A stretch of DNA of 63,122 nucleotides, counting the filler, from Licmophora abbreviata (lineage: Eukaryota), in the NCBI GenBank assembly GCA_900291995.1. It is 11 parts of 11 records of this genome, joined end to end, with 100 filler letters (N's around TTAATTAATTAA, not from the genome) between each part and the next. Parts side by side here need not be neighbours in the genome. Positions count along the whole stretch, not along the records: positions 43,465 to 46,869 come from OLMU01000882.1; positions 46,970 to 53,920 come from OLMU01000883.1; positions 54,021 to 60,926 come from OLMU01000884.1; 8 more parts are not named here. The stretch is one strand, 5' to 3'. Under the pieces are notes generated by a model that saw only the letters and a program-made list of their open reading frames with translations, ran no database searches and was not told where the DNA came from. Position 1 is the first letter of the stretch; every line of letters starts with the position of its first letter. The position numbers and the translations under genes were made by a program. Shown here in pieces: positions 45,408 to 57,570 of this stretch.

Positions 45408-45833
45408 TTAAGTACTTTTAGAGACAGTTGAAGTGGTAGGATCATGGGTTGCAATGAAAAAGGTGTTTCCAAAGGGGTCCTTCACAGCGGCTCCTCGTTG
45501 CTCCTCGAAATTCTTGCCGGGCTCCATCACGCTCGTGGCCCCGGCCGCCAGCGCCGCTTGATACACGGCATCCGTGTCTTGCACATAGAGAAAGAGCATG
45601 GTCGGAACAGCAGAACTGCTGCGATTGGGAGAGTCTCCGCCCATCATTAGGCGTGAATCTCCAATTTGGACCTCACAGTGCAGACCCCCTTGGCTTCCGA
45701 CGGAACGGTAAGTTTCTCGAGCTCCAAAAGCATCTTTGAGAAAATATACGACCGGATCCACGGAGTCGACCATCAGATATGGCGTTAGAGTACCGAAGCC
45801 CTCGCGAGCAGATGTTCCAATGGCGTTTTCCAT
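45408..45833 (-). CDS. VOC/glyoxalase (PhnB-like) protein
   Basis: LTPYLMV..FLKDAFGA..HCEVQIGDSRLMM..LYVQDTDAVY..ALAAGA..VKDPFGN; intronless. Confidence 0.85.
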   Translation of the reverse strand: MENAIGTSAREGFGTLTPYLMVDSVDPVVYFLKDAFGARETYRSVGSQGGLHCEVQIGDSRLMMGGDSPNRSSSAVPTMLFLYVQDTDAVYQAALAAGATSVMEPGKNFEEQRGAAVKDPFGNTFFIATHDPTTSTVSKST

Positions 45834-46147
45834 GGTTCAATCGTTGTGTCCGTATCGACGTGGAATGATATGGTTGCTTTGTGGTTGTGGTTGTCTTGCG
45901 CCGTGACACTGTCGGCGGCAAGTTTGGAAACTACCGAAGATATAGAAGCTCGGACCTCGAGAAGTCAATGCTCGCGCGAAATTGGATGAGCACACCGCGC
46001 GACTGACGACGGAAAAAACTCTCGACAACGGAGACGCGGTGTGGTCGCGGTGCTGGACGCCCATGACAGCATCATTGAACATATAGTCGCCGTCAGGGGC
46101 ATCGCTGTTGCCTTTCCCTTCGTTCCGTCGTCGCAAAACGACTCACC

Positions 46148-47449
46148 ATGGGACTCCTTAGCTCAATTTTGAGCATTCCCTATATACTTCTCTTTTTCGG
46201 AGTCTGGATTGTGGCGTCATTGCTCCGACCCGTCTTGCTTGCCTGCCTTCTCGCTTGTCTATGTCAGCCGAAGGCCACGCTCCGTAAGCTCCAGCTGTTT
46301 GCCACGACGGTGATGTATTTGCTGTTTTGTAACGACAAGGGCTTCAAGTTGAGCAGGGATGACCCGGCATCGCATTTCACGGAGGACGATACAGGAGTGG
46401 AGTCCAAGACGATTGTCTTTGTTCGACACGGTGAGTACCTTTTCGATGTGATCCACTATACTGTTCTATAAGCAGTCATGTCAATTGATTCCAACATCAT
46501 CATGCTCTCTTCATAGGCGAATCCCTGTGGAATTATGTTTTCAACAAAGGATCTGATCGAACCAAGATAAACTTTGCCCTGTACTTTGTGCCAAACTTGA
46601 TTTATGCCTTGTTCATGGAATGGTATCTGTTTGTCAGCGGCAAGTCCAACGACAGCTGGTTCTACGATTCGCCACTCAGTGAAAAAGGCTTGCGACAAGC
46701 CGTGGGGGTGCAAGACTTCTTGCGGACATCTCTAGAATATAGTACCCCGCGAGAACAGCTGCTGATACAGCTCATGCTGGGCGAGACGGCTGGTTCCGAG
46801 GAGAACCCCCCACCGGCGAAGAGTGAACTTTCGTCGCAGCTGGTCTCGTCCAACTTGCGTCGGGCCATTNNNNNNNNNNNNNNNNNNNNNNNNNNNNNNN
46901 NNNNNNNNNNNNNTTAATTAATTAANNNNNNNNNNNNNNNNNNNNNNNNNNNNNNNNNNNNNNNNNNNNGTCGGGTTCCAGGATCGACTGGAGGACCACC
47001 CCGATGACTCGATTCTCATTTTGCCCCAGCTACAAGAAATCTCTCGAAACCCCGATGCGCTCAGTATTACGCCCGCCAAAGGCAAAGCTGTCTTGTCCTT
47101 GGCGGATCCAGAAGAGTTGGAGGCAATTTTCAGTCAGCAGATTGACACCAGTCTTCACACTGGCAACAAACCCATTTCGACGAATGGTGGACAACGTTTG
47201 CAGGAGTTTTGTGACGTTGTTTTTGATGATATCCGCAAGGATAGTGTCATTGCTGCTGGACATTCGCTTTGGTTCCGTTCGTTCTTCCGTGCATACCTGC
47301 CTCGCTCTCTGGATCACGTGTCGAAGCGCAGGAAACTGGTCAATGGTGGATGTGCTGGATTCGTACTGAAGAGAAAGAAAACGGCCGACGGCAAGAATCA
47401 TTACCTTATTGACCCGACCAGCATTACCGTCCTTCATGGTGGTTTCTAA
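46148..47449 (+). CDS. Histidine phosphatase (phosphoglycerate mutase-like) protein spanning a gap
   Basis: FVRHG|ESLWN across intron 46431-46516, DSPLS..G, SSNLRRA, LQEISRN, AAGHSLWFR. Confidence 0.8.
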
Positions 47450-47548
47450 CAGTGGGGTATTTTGTATGGTGTCTATGAACTGCGTCGGTATCAACCAATC
47501 ACAGTTTTTTTTAGCTAGGTTTACACTCGTCTTTTTCGTGCACATGGC

Positions 47549-48914
47549 TTACGATGACGCAGTGGCGTCGCCACTTCCATTCAGTTCACCGCTGAGATGC
47601 AATAATGTGAATTCGTATACTGGAAAGATAATCCCATTCACTGGAAACGCTCGAATCAACGTGATGCCCAGCCCTCGGAAGAGAAATCTCCATCCATGTT
47701 GGTGAACGAGCTGAGCTCCCACAGTCGCAATGCGTCGTTCCGCCAGTGGCGCGTCGAGGGGCGAAGTCTGAATGTGACTTTTCACTACATCCAATGGGTA
47801 AATGACCGCCCATGTGAGCGATCCGCTCATGCCTCCCGCCAGTGCACTGCTAAGCCAAAGGTGCGAATGCGGCACGTCGTCCTTATCGATATCCAGTCCC
47901 GCCTGGTCGGCCAGTCTCGATGATATTTCGTCCTTGGCATAGTCATAGACACTAAAGTACAATCCAAACGCTGGAACTTCCCGCCATGCTGTCACGGCCC
48001 AACCACGGTACAAGCCAGATATACCATACTCGCGGACAATCTTCACACACGCTTGCAGCGGGCCCTTGAAGACGTGATCTGCGGAACCCTTGCCGTGCTG
48101 AATCTGCAGTCGACACTTGACGTGTTCAGTAGGACAAATGACACAGCATTGCACAAGACCCGCAAACGAGCCACAGGCGAATGCTTTTTGCCAGGAATCG
48201 TGATGCGTTTCTTCTTCGTCTTGTCGTCGTCGTTGTTTTTCAGTGTGCGGTGCAGTGTCTGCCGTAATGGCCTCTATTCTAGTTACTTCTTCATTTACAC
48301 CAGTACTGCTACTACCAGCATTTCCACTAACATAATCGTCCCAGTAGCGAGACGACGTTCCATATGCCGAAAAGATGACGGCATTGACTGCTGATGCCGA
48401 GACCAGGGGAGCGCCCATGCCTCGAAAGAGGGACGAGACACCCCCAAACGAGGAGGCCAGCGACGCAAGAGACGCGCCAGAGGCAGACGATGTCTGCAAT
48501 CGAACCTGTACAAGACGCAATGAACCGCTCTTTCGAATGAGCACGAACGCAGGAATGTACGGTGTTTTCGTTCCTTGATTCTGCTGCGCTTACCTTGAGG
48601 GTGTCAAAGGGATGTCCGACAATGACCGAGGCCGATCCCGCTACGCCGCCGGCTAGTAAATCATGCAGAACAGCGACCTCTCCATTCGGTCCATCCTCAT
48701 CCTCTTCTTCGTCCTGACGTAACAGTGTTGTTGATGGAGGCAAGAGCGAAGACGCGGGCTGTGGGGATGGAGTAGAAGCAGTTGCGTTCACCGCAGCATC
48801 CTCATCAGCAGCAGACCGAGACGGGAAAAGAAAAGACGTCCACCTTGATCTTCTCTTTGAATCCTTCGTCCTTGACGATTCGTCTGTGGCACAATCGGGG
48901 CTTTCTAGGACCAT
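47549..48914 (-). CDS. Mitochondrial carrier (SLC25; carnitine/basic amino acid carrier-like)
   Basis: Three PxD/ExxK motifs: HPFDTLK|VRLQ (intron near 48507-48593), CPTEHVKCRLQ, YPLDVVKSHIQ. Confidence 0.9.
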
Positions 48915-49290
48915 TTTGAATAGCAAAGGAACACACTGGACGTTGTGGCGGATCGAGGACGGAGAGAGCTCGATCGTCATTGTCATGTGCATCGGATGGA
49001 TGGACACGACGACACATGCCGGATTTATTCGAAGCTGTCATCGAACTGCATATTTACTTAAGGACCATCTAATCTGGGCGCGCCGCTTTCGCTTCCACGC
49101 GGCGCCTCGCCAGGCAATAACGTGATTTGGATTGGATCCAGAACATCTCGACAAAATGAAACACAGCCGGCGTCGGCGCTGTGACCACACACTTGTTGAC
49201 ACGACTCTGCTTGCCCTTCGCTGCGATCGTTCCTGTCGCGTACACATGTCAGCCTGCCCTGTCCACCCTGATAATATTCGCAAGGCATTC

Positions 49291-50968
49291 ATGGAGTGGA
49301 ATCAGAAACTGGAGCTGCCCTGGGCGCCGTTCTACACGCAGAGCGGGGATGTCCCAGCGAATCTACAAGACTCCTTGCTAGGCTACTGGGCACTGGCAGC
49401 CACAATCGTCTTTGCTGTGACGGTTTACAGCTTTGAGGGGCACTTGGATGCGCGTCAGAAGGTGGCCTATCAAGAAACGGAGTTTCCAAAGCAGCTCAAG
49501 AGTACGGTGGCGTCGATTGATGCGGAACGCAGTCGCGCTGGGAGTAATACGAATAGTTCTAGCGGGACTCACACCGATGACCAGAACAAGCCATTGTTGC
49601 CGCAGCTGCAAGAAAAGTTTCAGAAAGCGCAGTCGTATGGGCTCGACAAGATTAACTTTGGCATGATCTCGTCGACCTACGATGTGATTGAGAGTGTTGT
49701 ATTCTTGCTACTCGGGTTCCTGCCTTATGTTTGGGATAAGGCGGTTGCGTATGGGGATTCCTACTTTGGATGGACCGAAACTGAAGATGAGATCAAGATT
49801 ACATTGATTTTTCTGGCGTTGGTCACACTGGTGGGAACCGTCACGTCTCTTCCGTTCGAGTTGGTACGTGCACTGCGTACCTGAGTGTGTATTTCTGTCT
49901 TTTTAGCGACGTCGTATTTTAAATCAACGGATCTACTCGTTGCGGTGTCACAGTTCTCTACGTTTAAGATCGAAAAGAAACATGGATTCAACAAGATGAC
50001 ACCGACTCTCTTTGTGACGGACAAGATCAAGGGGCTGCTTCTGACCTTTGTCATTGGCGGTCCCTTCATTGCACTCCTGCTCAAAATCATTCAGTCGACA
50101 GGAGACTATTTTTATGTCTATGTCTGGGGCTTTCTCTTTGTGTTTTCTGTGTTCATGATGACCCTTGTCCCAGTTTTCATCATGCCTCTCTTTAACAAGT
50201 ATGAGCCACTCAAAGATGGAGATTTGAAGCGACGAATTTACGAATTGGCGGATCGTCTAAAGTACCCGCTCACCAAACTGTTTGTCATGGATGGATCAAA
50301 ACGATCGTCTCATTCGAATGCCTTCATGTTTGGGTTCGGTAACAACAAGCGAATCGGTACGTCATGAAGTTTGTAGTGATGGCACAAACATTGATTGAAT
50401 CGTGTTCTACTGAGCTAACGAGAATCGTTCTCACCTCGCTTCCCGCATTTACCATGGTATTTCTGCAGTCCTCTTTGACACTCTCATGGAACAGGTTCAC
50501 GACGACGAGATCTTGGCCATTCTGGGACACGAACTCGGCCATTGGAAGCTCGGTCACACCCTAACGAACTTTTGCGTGACGCAGCTGTACTTTGGTGCTG
50601 CGTTCTACTTCTTCTCCCTGTGCTACACGTCTAAGGACTTGTATGGAGCCTTTGGCTTTGACGACGAGAGTCGTCCAACTCCCACGATCATCGCTTTGTT
50701 GCTGTTCTTTCAAACGCTATGGGCTCCCGTCGACAAGATCTTGTCGTTTGTGTTGACCGTCTTTTCGCGGCACTGCGAGTTTGGGGCAGACAAGTTTAGT
50801 GTTGATCTGGACATGTCGAAGAAACTACAGAGTGGCTTGTGCAAGATTCATTTGGAGAACTTGGGTGCCATGTGTCCCGACCCGTGGTACTCCACGTATC
50901 ACTACTCGCATCCGCCACTTGTGGAACGGCTATCAGCTATGATGGTGCTAGATAAAAAGACCAAGTAA
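49291..50968 (+). CDS. STE24: CAAX prenyl protease 1 (peptidase M48A), 3 exons
   Basis: DGSKRSSHSNAF, LGHELGHW, EFGAD, YHYSHPPLVERL; C-terminal KKxK ER-retention-like end. Confidence 0.93.
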
Positions 50969-51019
50969 CTTCAAGAATACGCTCGACCATAGCAAAAGTG
51001 TAGCAGTCTACTAGTTTCT

Positions 51020-52210
51020 TTACTTGGTTTGAAAGATGTTCTGGATCATTGGCTTTTTCACTTGCAAGGCAGCTTTGTCCAATGCTTCAACTGCCGACGG
51101 ACTCAATCTCCAACCAACGGCCCCGATATTTTCCTGTGCTTGTTGTATCGTTCTGGCTCCGGGAATCGGCACTGTGCCTTTGGAAATCGCCCAATTGATG
51201 GCCACTTGTGATTGTGATTTGCGATAATCCCTGGCAAGAACATCCAGCGTAGCCAACAGATCCTGCGCACCTGGTAGTAGCTCCCTGAAAAGCTGTCGTC
51301 GTGGGTTTCCTTGTCTTGGAAGATTGTCCAATGTGTACTTGCCCGTTAGCAAACCAAGACACAGAGGTGAGTATGAAATCAAGCGGCAGTTAACATTGTC
51401 GCATGCGTCATTCATGTTCTTTGCTTCTTTGTAGGTCATCAGAGAGTATTGAATCTGTGCGGTCGCCAGAGGTACTTGCCGCTCCTCAAAGCGCGTCGCT
51501 GCCTTTTGCAGCTGGATGGGTCCGTAGTTCGAGACACCGACGGCATCACACAGACCCGCGTCGTAGACATCGGCCAGTCCTTCCCAAAGTGCCTTTTCCT
51601 GGAAAGGCTGATACTTGGCCGTCGACCAATGCAGTTGTGCAATGGCGAGTTTCGGCTGTTCCAACCGCGCCAACGAGGCCTTGGCTGCCTCCACCATACT
51701 ACCCCGTGTAATCCGCCATGGGTACGGCGCAAACTTGGTAGCAATCTGCTGCGGTTGTACTGGTGTGGCGCCAAGGCCTTTGGAAATATCCCACCAGGGC
51801 GTTTCGGAAGATTCTTGCTTCTCTGTGAGATACCGCCTCTCGAATTGGCCCAGTAATATCTCGGCCCGGCCATTCAAGTCAAACGTCCCGTAGCTGTCAG
51901 CCGTGTCAAAGACGGATACACCAGCGTCCCTCACAGTCCGATAAGCCTCATAGATCTCCTCATCCTGCGATGGATCATAGTCGAACAGCAACCTGTTCCC
52001 CCAACTCCACGTGCCACATCCGAGAGCACTGATCGATATCGGTCCAGCGTTGACGCGAGGTATCGGCGCCGGTGGAGCAACTCGTTTCGAATTCAGTGAC
52101 GCAATCGCCTCGACGAACGGTGTGGCGGTGAGCAACGAAAGTGCCAGAATCAGCCCTAGTTTCACGGGCGAGGGTGCCATCGTGAGGATCATCGTCGCGT
52201 CCCGGAACAT
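51020..52210 (-). CDS. Aldo-keto reductase (pyridoxal reductase-like)
   Basis: LGCGTWSWG, FDTADSYG, IATKFA, QLHW, VGVSNY, YSPLCLG, PIPGA. Confidence 0.9.
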   Translation of the reverse strand: MFRDATMILTMAPSPVKLGLILALSLLTATPFVEAIASLNSKRVAPPAPIPRVNAGPISISALGCGTWSWGNRLLFDYDPSQDEEIYEAYRTVRDAGVSVFDTADSYGTFDLNGRAEILLGQFERRYLTEKQESSETPWWDISKGLGATPVQPQQIATKFAPYPWRITRGSMVEAAKASLARLEQPKLAIAQLHWSTAKYQPFQEKALWEGLADVYDAGLCDAVGVSNYGPIQLQKAATRFEERQVPLATAQIQYSLMTYKEAKNMNDACDNVNCRLISYSPLCLGLLTGKYTLDNLPRQGNPRRQLFRELLPGAQDLLATLDVLARDYRKSQSQVAINWAISKGTVPIPGARTIQQAQENIGAVGWRLSPSAVEALDKAALQVKKPMIQNIFQTK

Positions 52211-52758
52211 GGTCACATATTGTGTCGCTTCCCTTCGCCAGCGCCACCGTCATCGCTTCGTCTCACTGTGATGCGGCGAAGTTCCGGGTTTCCATTGCTC
52301 GATCGGGTTTTCAGACTGATGGATGGACTCATCGCTCACATCAAGCGAAGGCACATCGTCTTCTTGTAACCCGCTAATCGACGGCAGCCAGTGTAGTCAC
52401 AGTACGCGTTCAGACAAGAATAGAGAGGCGGAAGACACCTAAACCAATCCGATTTCTACGCTCCAGGAGCTGACTAAGGCTCTAGCTACATAGCACTCAT
52501 ACAAAGTAGGCCCCAGACATCAAGGGTATCTTGTGGGATCCGGCTAGATCCAAGGATCCGAATCAATGCTACTCTCTTTTTAACCAGTTGAAGAGCCCGT
52601 ATGTTCTGAAGCCGCATCCAACAACGAATCGGAGACACACTCGCCACTGTCGTGTTCGTGGAAAGCTTTCGATGACAATTCGCTGTACTCGGTCCATAGC
52701 CAGGACGACACGACGCATAGAATTGACACCAATCCTAACGAGTGACTCTTCAAGTATT

Positions 52759-53094
52759 CTATCTATCCGTCTTTGTCTTGAGCGTCCGCTTCCGCAACTC
52801 TTCTTCGTGCTCAGACTTGTACATTTCCCATGCGTCATCCGAATTGTGCTCCTCCATACATGCATTCAATGCTCGATTCAAATGACGACAATTCATAATA
52901 ACCATCAAGCCCTCTTTCTCAGCACACTTGGCAAACTCCCTCACGTGATTGGTGCATTTTTCGAGGGCCACGTCTTTGAACTCTCGTCGCATTTGATGCT
53001 CCGCAAAGTTGCGAAAACTCAGTCGATTGTCGCGGGCATAATCTTTGCTTACTGGAGGCTTGGATGGGACGCTGCTGCTATCGGAAGATGACAT
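52759..53094 (-). CDS. Twin CX9C COX assembly mitochondrial protein (CMC1-like)
   Basis: KCTNHVREFAKC...NCRHLNRALNAC. Confidence 0.8.
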   Translation of the reverse strand: MSSSDSSSVPSKPPVSKDYARDNRLSFRNFAEHQMRREFKDVALEKCTNHVREFAKCAEKEGLMVIMNCRHLNRALNACMEEHNSDDAWEMYKSEHEEELRKRTLKTKTDR

Positions 53095-53516
53095 CGTCTA
53101 CTACAGTTCACAATTTAAGTGGATTTACCGCAGTCAAGAGATGAAAAGAAGACAAAAGGAGTGGCAAAGAAGCATGCAGCACGGCTGCAGTCGCAATGAG
53201 GTTGCTGCGATGCCGCGGATGAAGCGAGGAGAACGCTGGGTAATGTAGGAGCTCGGAGCTCGTCGCTTCGTAGTTATTACGAGCTCCAAATCCTATGCTC
53301 GAGCTTTTTGGAGCGCCGCACAATGAAACTGAGAAGGCAACACAGCGCATCATCCTCACACCGCTCACATATCCCCAAAGTTTCAGGAGCGATTGTTACC
53401 ACCTAGGCCGTTCGCTCTTCTCAGCTCGGTCGTAGTAGATGCTGTTGGACACGAAAGAGATCTCTACAATTGAAGCGAGTCCTTTCTGTTGATTACCGAA
53501 AAATTGAAACCCAATC

Positions 53517-54131
53517 ATGGATTCGTGGATTATCGGCAATACTGCATTCTTTTTTACGTTCTACAAAGTACGAATCAATCGAGTGAGCGTGTGAGCTTTG
53601 TGTCTCCTTTACCTCTCAGTAGTCCCAACTTTTCGTTCGATCCGACAGGTAAAGCCAACTGTGATTGTCGATAAGGCCATAGAGATTGTTCTGGATCTTG
53701 TGGTTCCTGGGCGAGGCGCGGGCGAGAACAACATGTACGTAGTGGGGCTTGCCGCAAGAGAGCAGCTTGTGAAGTTGGAGCATACCTCTCATGCAAGACA
53801 ATTTCTTTTTCGTGTCATGTGCAGATTCATGAGAGGCTGGCGAAATTTGGAACAGTCGGCCGAACGACAGTCTCGCGAATTGGACATTCGAGCGGACCTT
53901 CGGCAATGGGACGAAGAGTTNNNNNNNNNNNNNNNNNNNNNNNNNNNNNNNNNNNNNNNNNNNNTTAATTAATTAANNNNNNNNNNNNNNNNNNNNNNNN
54001 NNNNNNNNNNNNNNNNNNNNGGTCTTCATCATGAGCTGATTGTGCGTTATCTTGCGGGCTTTGCTGTTTCGTTTGTGGCTACATCCCTGTACAATTCGAT
54101 TCGTGGCAACAAGCAATCGAGGCGGTATTAG
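53517..54131 (+). CDS. Possible spliced hypothetical gene interrupted by a gap, ending in a tail-anchor-like segment
   Basis: GT-AG-bounded open segments before gap 53921; GLHHELIVRYLAGFAVSFVATSLYNSIRGNKQSRRY* after it. Confidence 0.3.
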
Positions 54132-54463
54132 TAGAGAGTCGGCAGCACAAAATATATTCTGGTTAGTAGTATGACCTCTCGGCGTGTCAAAGCAAGCCGC
54201 TGATGTCGCTCAATTTGAAGTCGCTCACTTTATTCCTTACATAATATGAAGTGTGATCGATTAGATGGTTTCTATCGTTAGAAGGTCTCTACTCTACTAA
54301 TAGTATCTCCACTTTTTAGCTCTGTTCCGTAGACACCACCTTTGCGCAAACGGAGGAAGGACAAGAGAGGGAATTGGGAGTTTCACAGTTTTTTAAAAGA
54401 TCCTTCGCATCGCATCATCTTTTGTTACACAAAAAACGAGATGACGAAGAGACTGCGGTCGCC

Positions 54464-56020
54464 ATGGGGACGGAAAAGGCCCACATCTCGCTCGTAGTCA
54501 TCGGCCATGTCGATGCTGGTACGTTAAGTATGGGGTCTCGTAGGAACAAGTGAAAGATCGAGACGAAACGAAGGATTTTGAGGAAATGATCCGGATTCAA
54601 GAAACAAGACTTTGCAACATGCAGGCGAAGTGCGGTGTTTGTACTCCTCGGTGGCTTACCTATTGTCTTTCGTCGGGTCAACAGGGAAATCCACTACTAC
54701 GGGACATCTTATTTACAAATGTGGAGGAATTGACGAACAAACGATTGAAAAGTACGAAAAAGAGGCCGCAGAACTCGGAAAGGGATCATTCAAGTATGCG
54801 TGGGTGCTTGACAACCTCAAAGCGGAGCGCGAGCGTGGTATTACAATCGACATTGCTTTGTGGAAGTTTGAGTCTCCCAAGTATGCATACACAGTAATTG
54901 ATGCTCCTGGTAAGTTTGTTCTTTCGTTGTTTGCAATGCCGTTATACATCTCTATCTGACTATAAGAATCTCACGACGATGCTCCTTGTTAGGCCACCGT
55001 GATTTTATCAAAAACATGATTACGGGTACGTCCCAAGCAGACGTGGCCCTCCTTGTGATTGACTCCTCGCAGGGTGGTTTTGAGGCTGGGATCTCTAGGG
55101 ACGGCCAAACGCGTGAGCATGCCTTGTTGGCTTACACTCTGGGAGTCAAGCAGATGATTGTCGCCTGCAACAAGATGGACGACACATCAGTCAACTACGC
55201 AGAGTCGCGGTTCAATGAGATCAAGGCTGAAGTGTCTGCTTACCTCAAGAAGGTCGGATACAAGCCAATGAAGATCAAATTCGTCCCCATATCAGGCTTC
55301 CAGGGAGAAAACATAATTGAAAACTCCGATAAGATGCCCTGGTACACAGGACCCAATCTACTCGAAGCTCTTGATAGTGTCACTCCTCCAAAGCGCCATA
55401 CCGACAAGCCGCTTCGCGTTCCCGTTCAGGATGTGTACAAGATTGGCGGAATTGGAACTGTTCCCGTTGGACGCGTCGAAACGGGTATCATTAGACCAGG
55501 TATCCAAGCCGCGTTTGCTCCTGTTGGTCTTGTTGCCGAAATCAAGTCTGTCGAGATGCACCACGAGCTTCTCACAGAGGCATTCCCAGGCGACAACGTT
55601 GGTTTCAATGTAAAGAACCTAGCGGTAAAAGATCTCAAACGAGGATATGTCGCTTCCGATTCCAACGATAACCCTGCTTCCCGAGTTTCTAGCTTTGAGG
55701 CCCAGGTGATTGTCATGAACCACCCTGGGCAGATTACGAATGGCTACTGCCCCGTGTTGGACTGCCACACGGCTCACGTTGCATGCGTCTTTGCCAGAAT
55801 TAAGGAGAGAATGGATCGACGGACTGCAAAGACCCTGGAAATAAATCCCAAGTTCGTACAGACTGGAGATGCCTGTATTGTCGATTTGGAGCCAACCAAG
55901 CCGTTTTGCGTCGAGACGTTTACTGAGTTCCCGCCGTTGGGACGCTTTGCGGTTCGAGATATGCGACAAACAGTGGCTGTCGGTGTCATCAAGGCAATCA
56001 CGAAGCATGAGACGACCTAA
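54464..56020 (+). CDS. EEF1A: Translation elongation factor 1-alpha (somewhat divergent), 3 exons
   Basis: [14 protein letters not shown] (intron 54519-54684), DAPG|HRDF (intron 54910-54992), [22 protein letters not shown]. Confidence 0.97.
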
Positions 56021-56067
56021 GTAGCCTTCTAGTAGTGTTAGAGGAGAGCAACGATAAGGTGGATGCG

Positions 56068-56955
56068 TCAGTAGTCGCCATTATTCACGGCTCGAAATAT
56101 GTCTCCGAGAGCGTGTGTTGTCAGGGCCTCTTCAGCCTCGAGTTCTCTCCGCCGTCGTTCCTCGGCACGATGGGATTGCGCCCTTTGCGTCGCGGCTTGA
56201 TCCATGCGCTGCCTCTTTGCGACATTGAACTTGTGACCATGAAAGCCGCGTTCGTCGTATCTGGCCCATGACGTGAAGTGGTGGAGGACAACAGAAAGCG
56301 ACGAGGGAGAGTCCAAGAGCCGAGCCGACGATCGTGCCCCTGATTCCAGCTCAGCCAGCACATTCACATGGGGGACATGTACAAACGAATCACAATGTCT
56401 CGCGAGTGACAATGAAAGACCCCGCCAATCCTTACTTACAGCAAAGCAACAATTCCCTCTTATGAACGGTCGTATTTGGATTGGTACGGACTTCCTATTG
56501 ATCGAATCTGGCTCATCCTTGCTTGTAGCGAGCGACACATGAGCCATTCCAGACGCATCGGCATCTTCGCGCACAGCATAGCCATTCTCATTGTACGCAT
56601 CTGCCGCACCTCCCATGATCCCTAGTACCTGAGAACAACCACATCCGTTTTCTTGGACTGGCGCTCTCAGAAAAGCCACCGCCTGATCGCAGGTTGGAAA
56701 CGCAATGATTTCTACATGCTTGTTGGCTCCGTGCGCTCCTTCCACCGCACACTTGTCAAAGCCGACGGCGACAACGGTGGAGATCCCGAACGCGGCAGCA
56801 CATCGCAAGATTGGACCCAGGTTGTTGTTCTTGCGTGGATTTTCCAGGAGCAAGTAACCTAATGGTAGAGAAGATGCAGAGGATGAGGTGTGCTCTGTTT
56901 CTTCACGCACGGTCGCTGATGATGCTGGTCCAGTTGGAGTTTCGGTGATGGTCAT
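56068..56955 (-). CDS. SpoU/TrmH-family RNA methyltransferase-like protein
   Basis: LLLENPRKNNNLGPILRCAAAFG; GLS...CDSFVHVP. Confidence 0.7.
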   Translation of the reverse strand: MTITETPTGPASSATVREETEHTSSSASSLPLGYLLLENPRKNNNLGPILRCAAAFGISTVVAVGFDKCAVEGAHGANKHVEIIAFPTCDQAVAFLRAPVQENGCGCSQVLGIMGGAADAYNENGYAVREDADASGMAHVSLATSKDEPDSINRKSVPIQIRPFIRGNCCFAVSKDWRGLSLSLARHCDSFVHVPHVNVLAELESGARSSARLLDSPSSLSVVLHHFTSWARYDERGFHGHKFNVAKRQRMDQAATQRAQSHRAEERRRRELEAEEALTTHALGDIFRAVNNGDY

Positions 56956-57570
56956 GGTGGCTTGAACGCAATGATTTCCTCCGTGCACTCAACTTCTGGC
57001 TTCACTCGACTCACAGAGTGCTATTTCCTTCTTGTTCATCACGATCAAGTGAGACAACATGCAACAGTCGATACCGAAACGCACTTTCGACCGCGGTCGT
57101 CTGTGTAGCGAGACGCGATGCCGCATCATTCGATTGCAATGATTGTTTAACAACTATTTAACAAATAATGTGAATTTTGATATGAGCAATACAAGATTAG
57201 ATCTTGATGGAATCGATTTTTGAGCCATTCTTGCACCGCGCTGTAGGCCAGACGAAACATCCAAGACTCAAAAACAGAAAAACTCGCGACTAAATAAATC
57301 GCACAAAACACGATCGAAAATTCCCGAGAAGCATTTTGAATTTCGTCAGTGTCGTCAAATCGTCATCATTCGAACACAGTAAGACCAAGACCAACACCAA
57401 AAAAGCCTTTGGCACGAACCATTATTTTTGGAGCGGGATCTCTCACGTGTGCAATCCATTTAATCTACCAGATCTGGCCTGAGCACTTCACTTTGTCTAT
57501 AAAGTTTCACAAGGTATCTCGAGATCTTTATCTCGTGATTGTCATTTTTCAGTTACACCCTCTTTCAATC

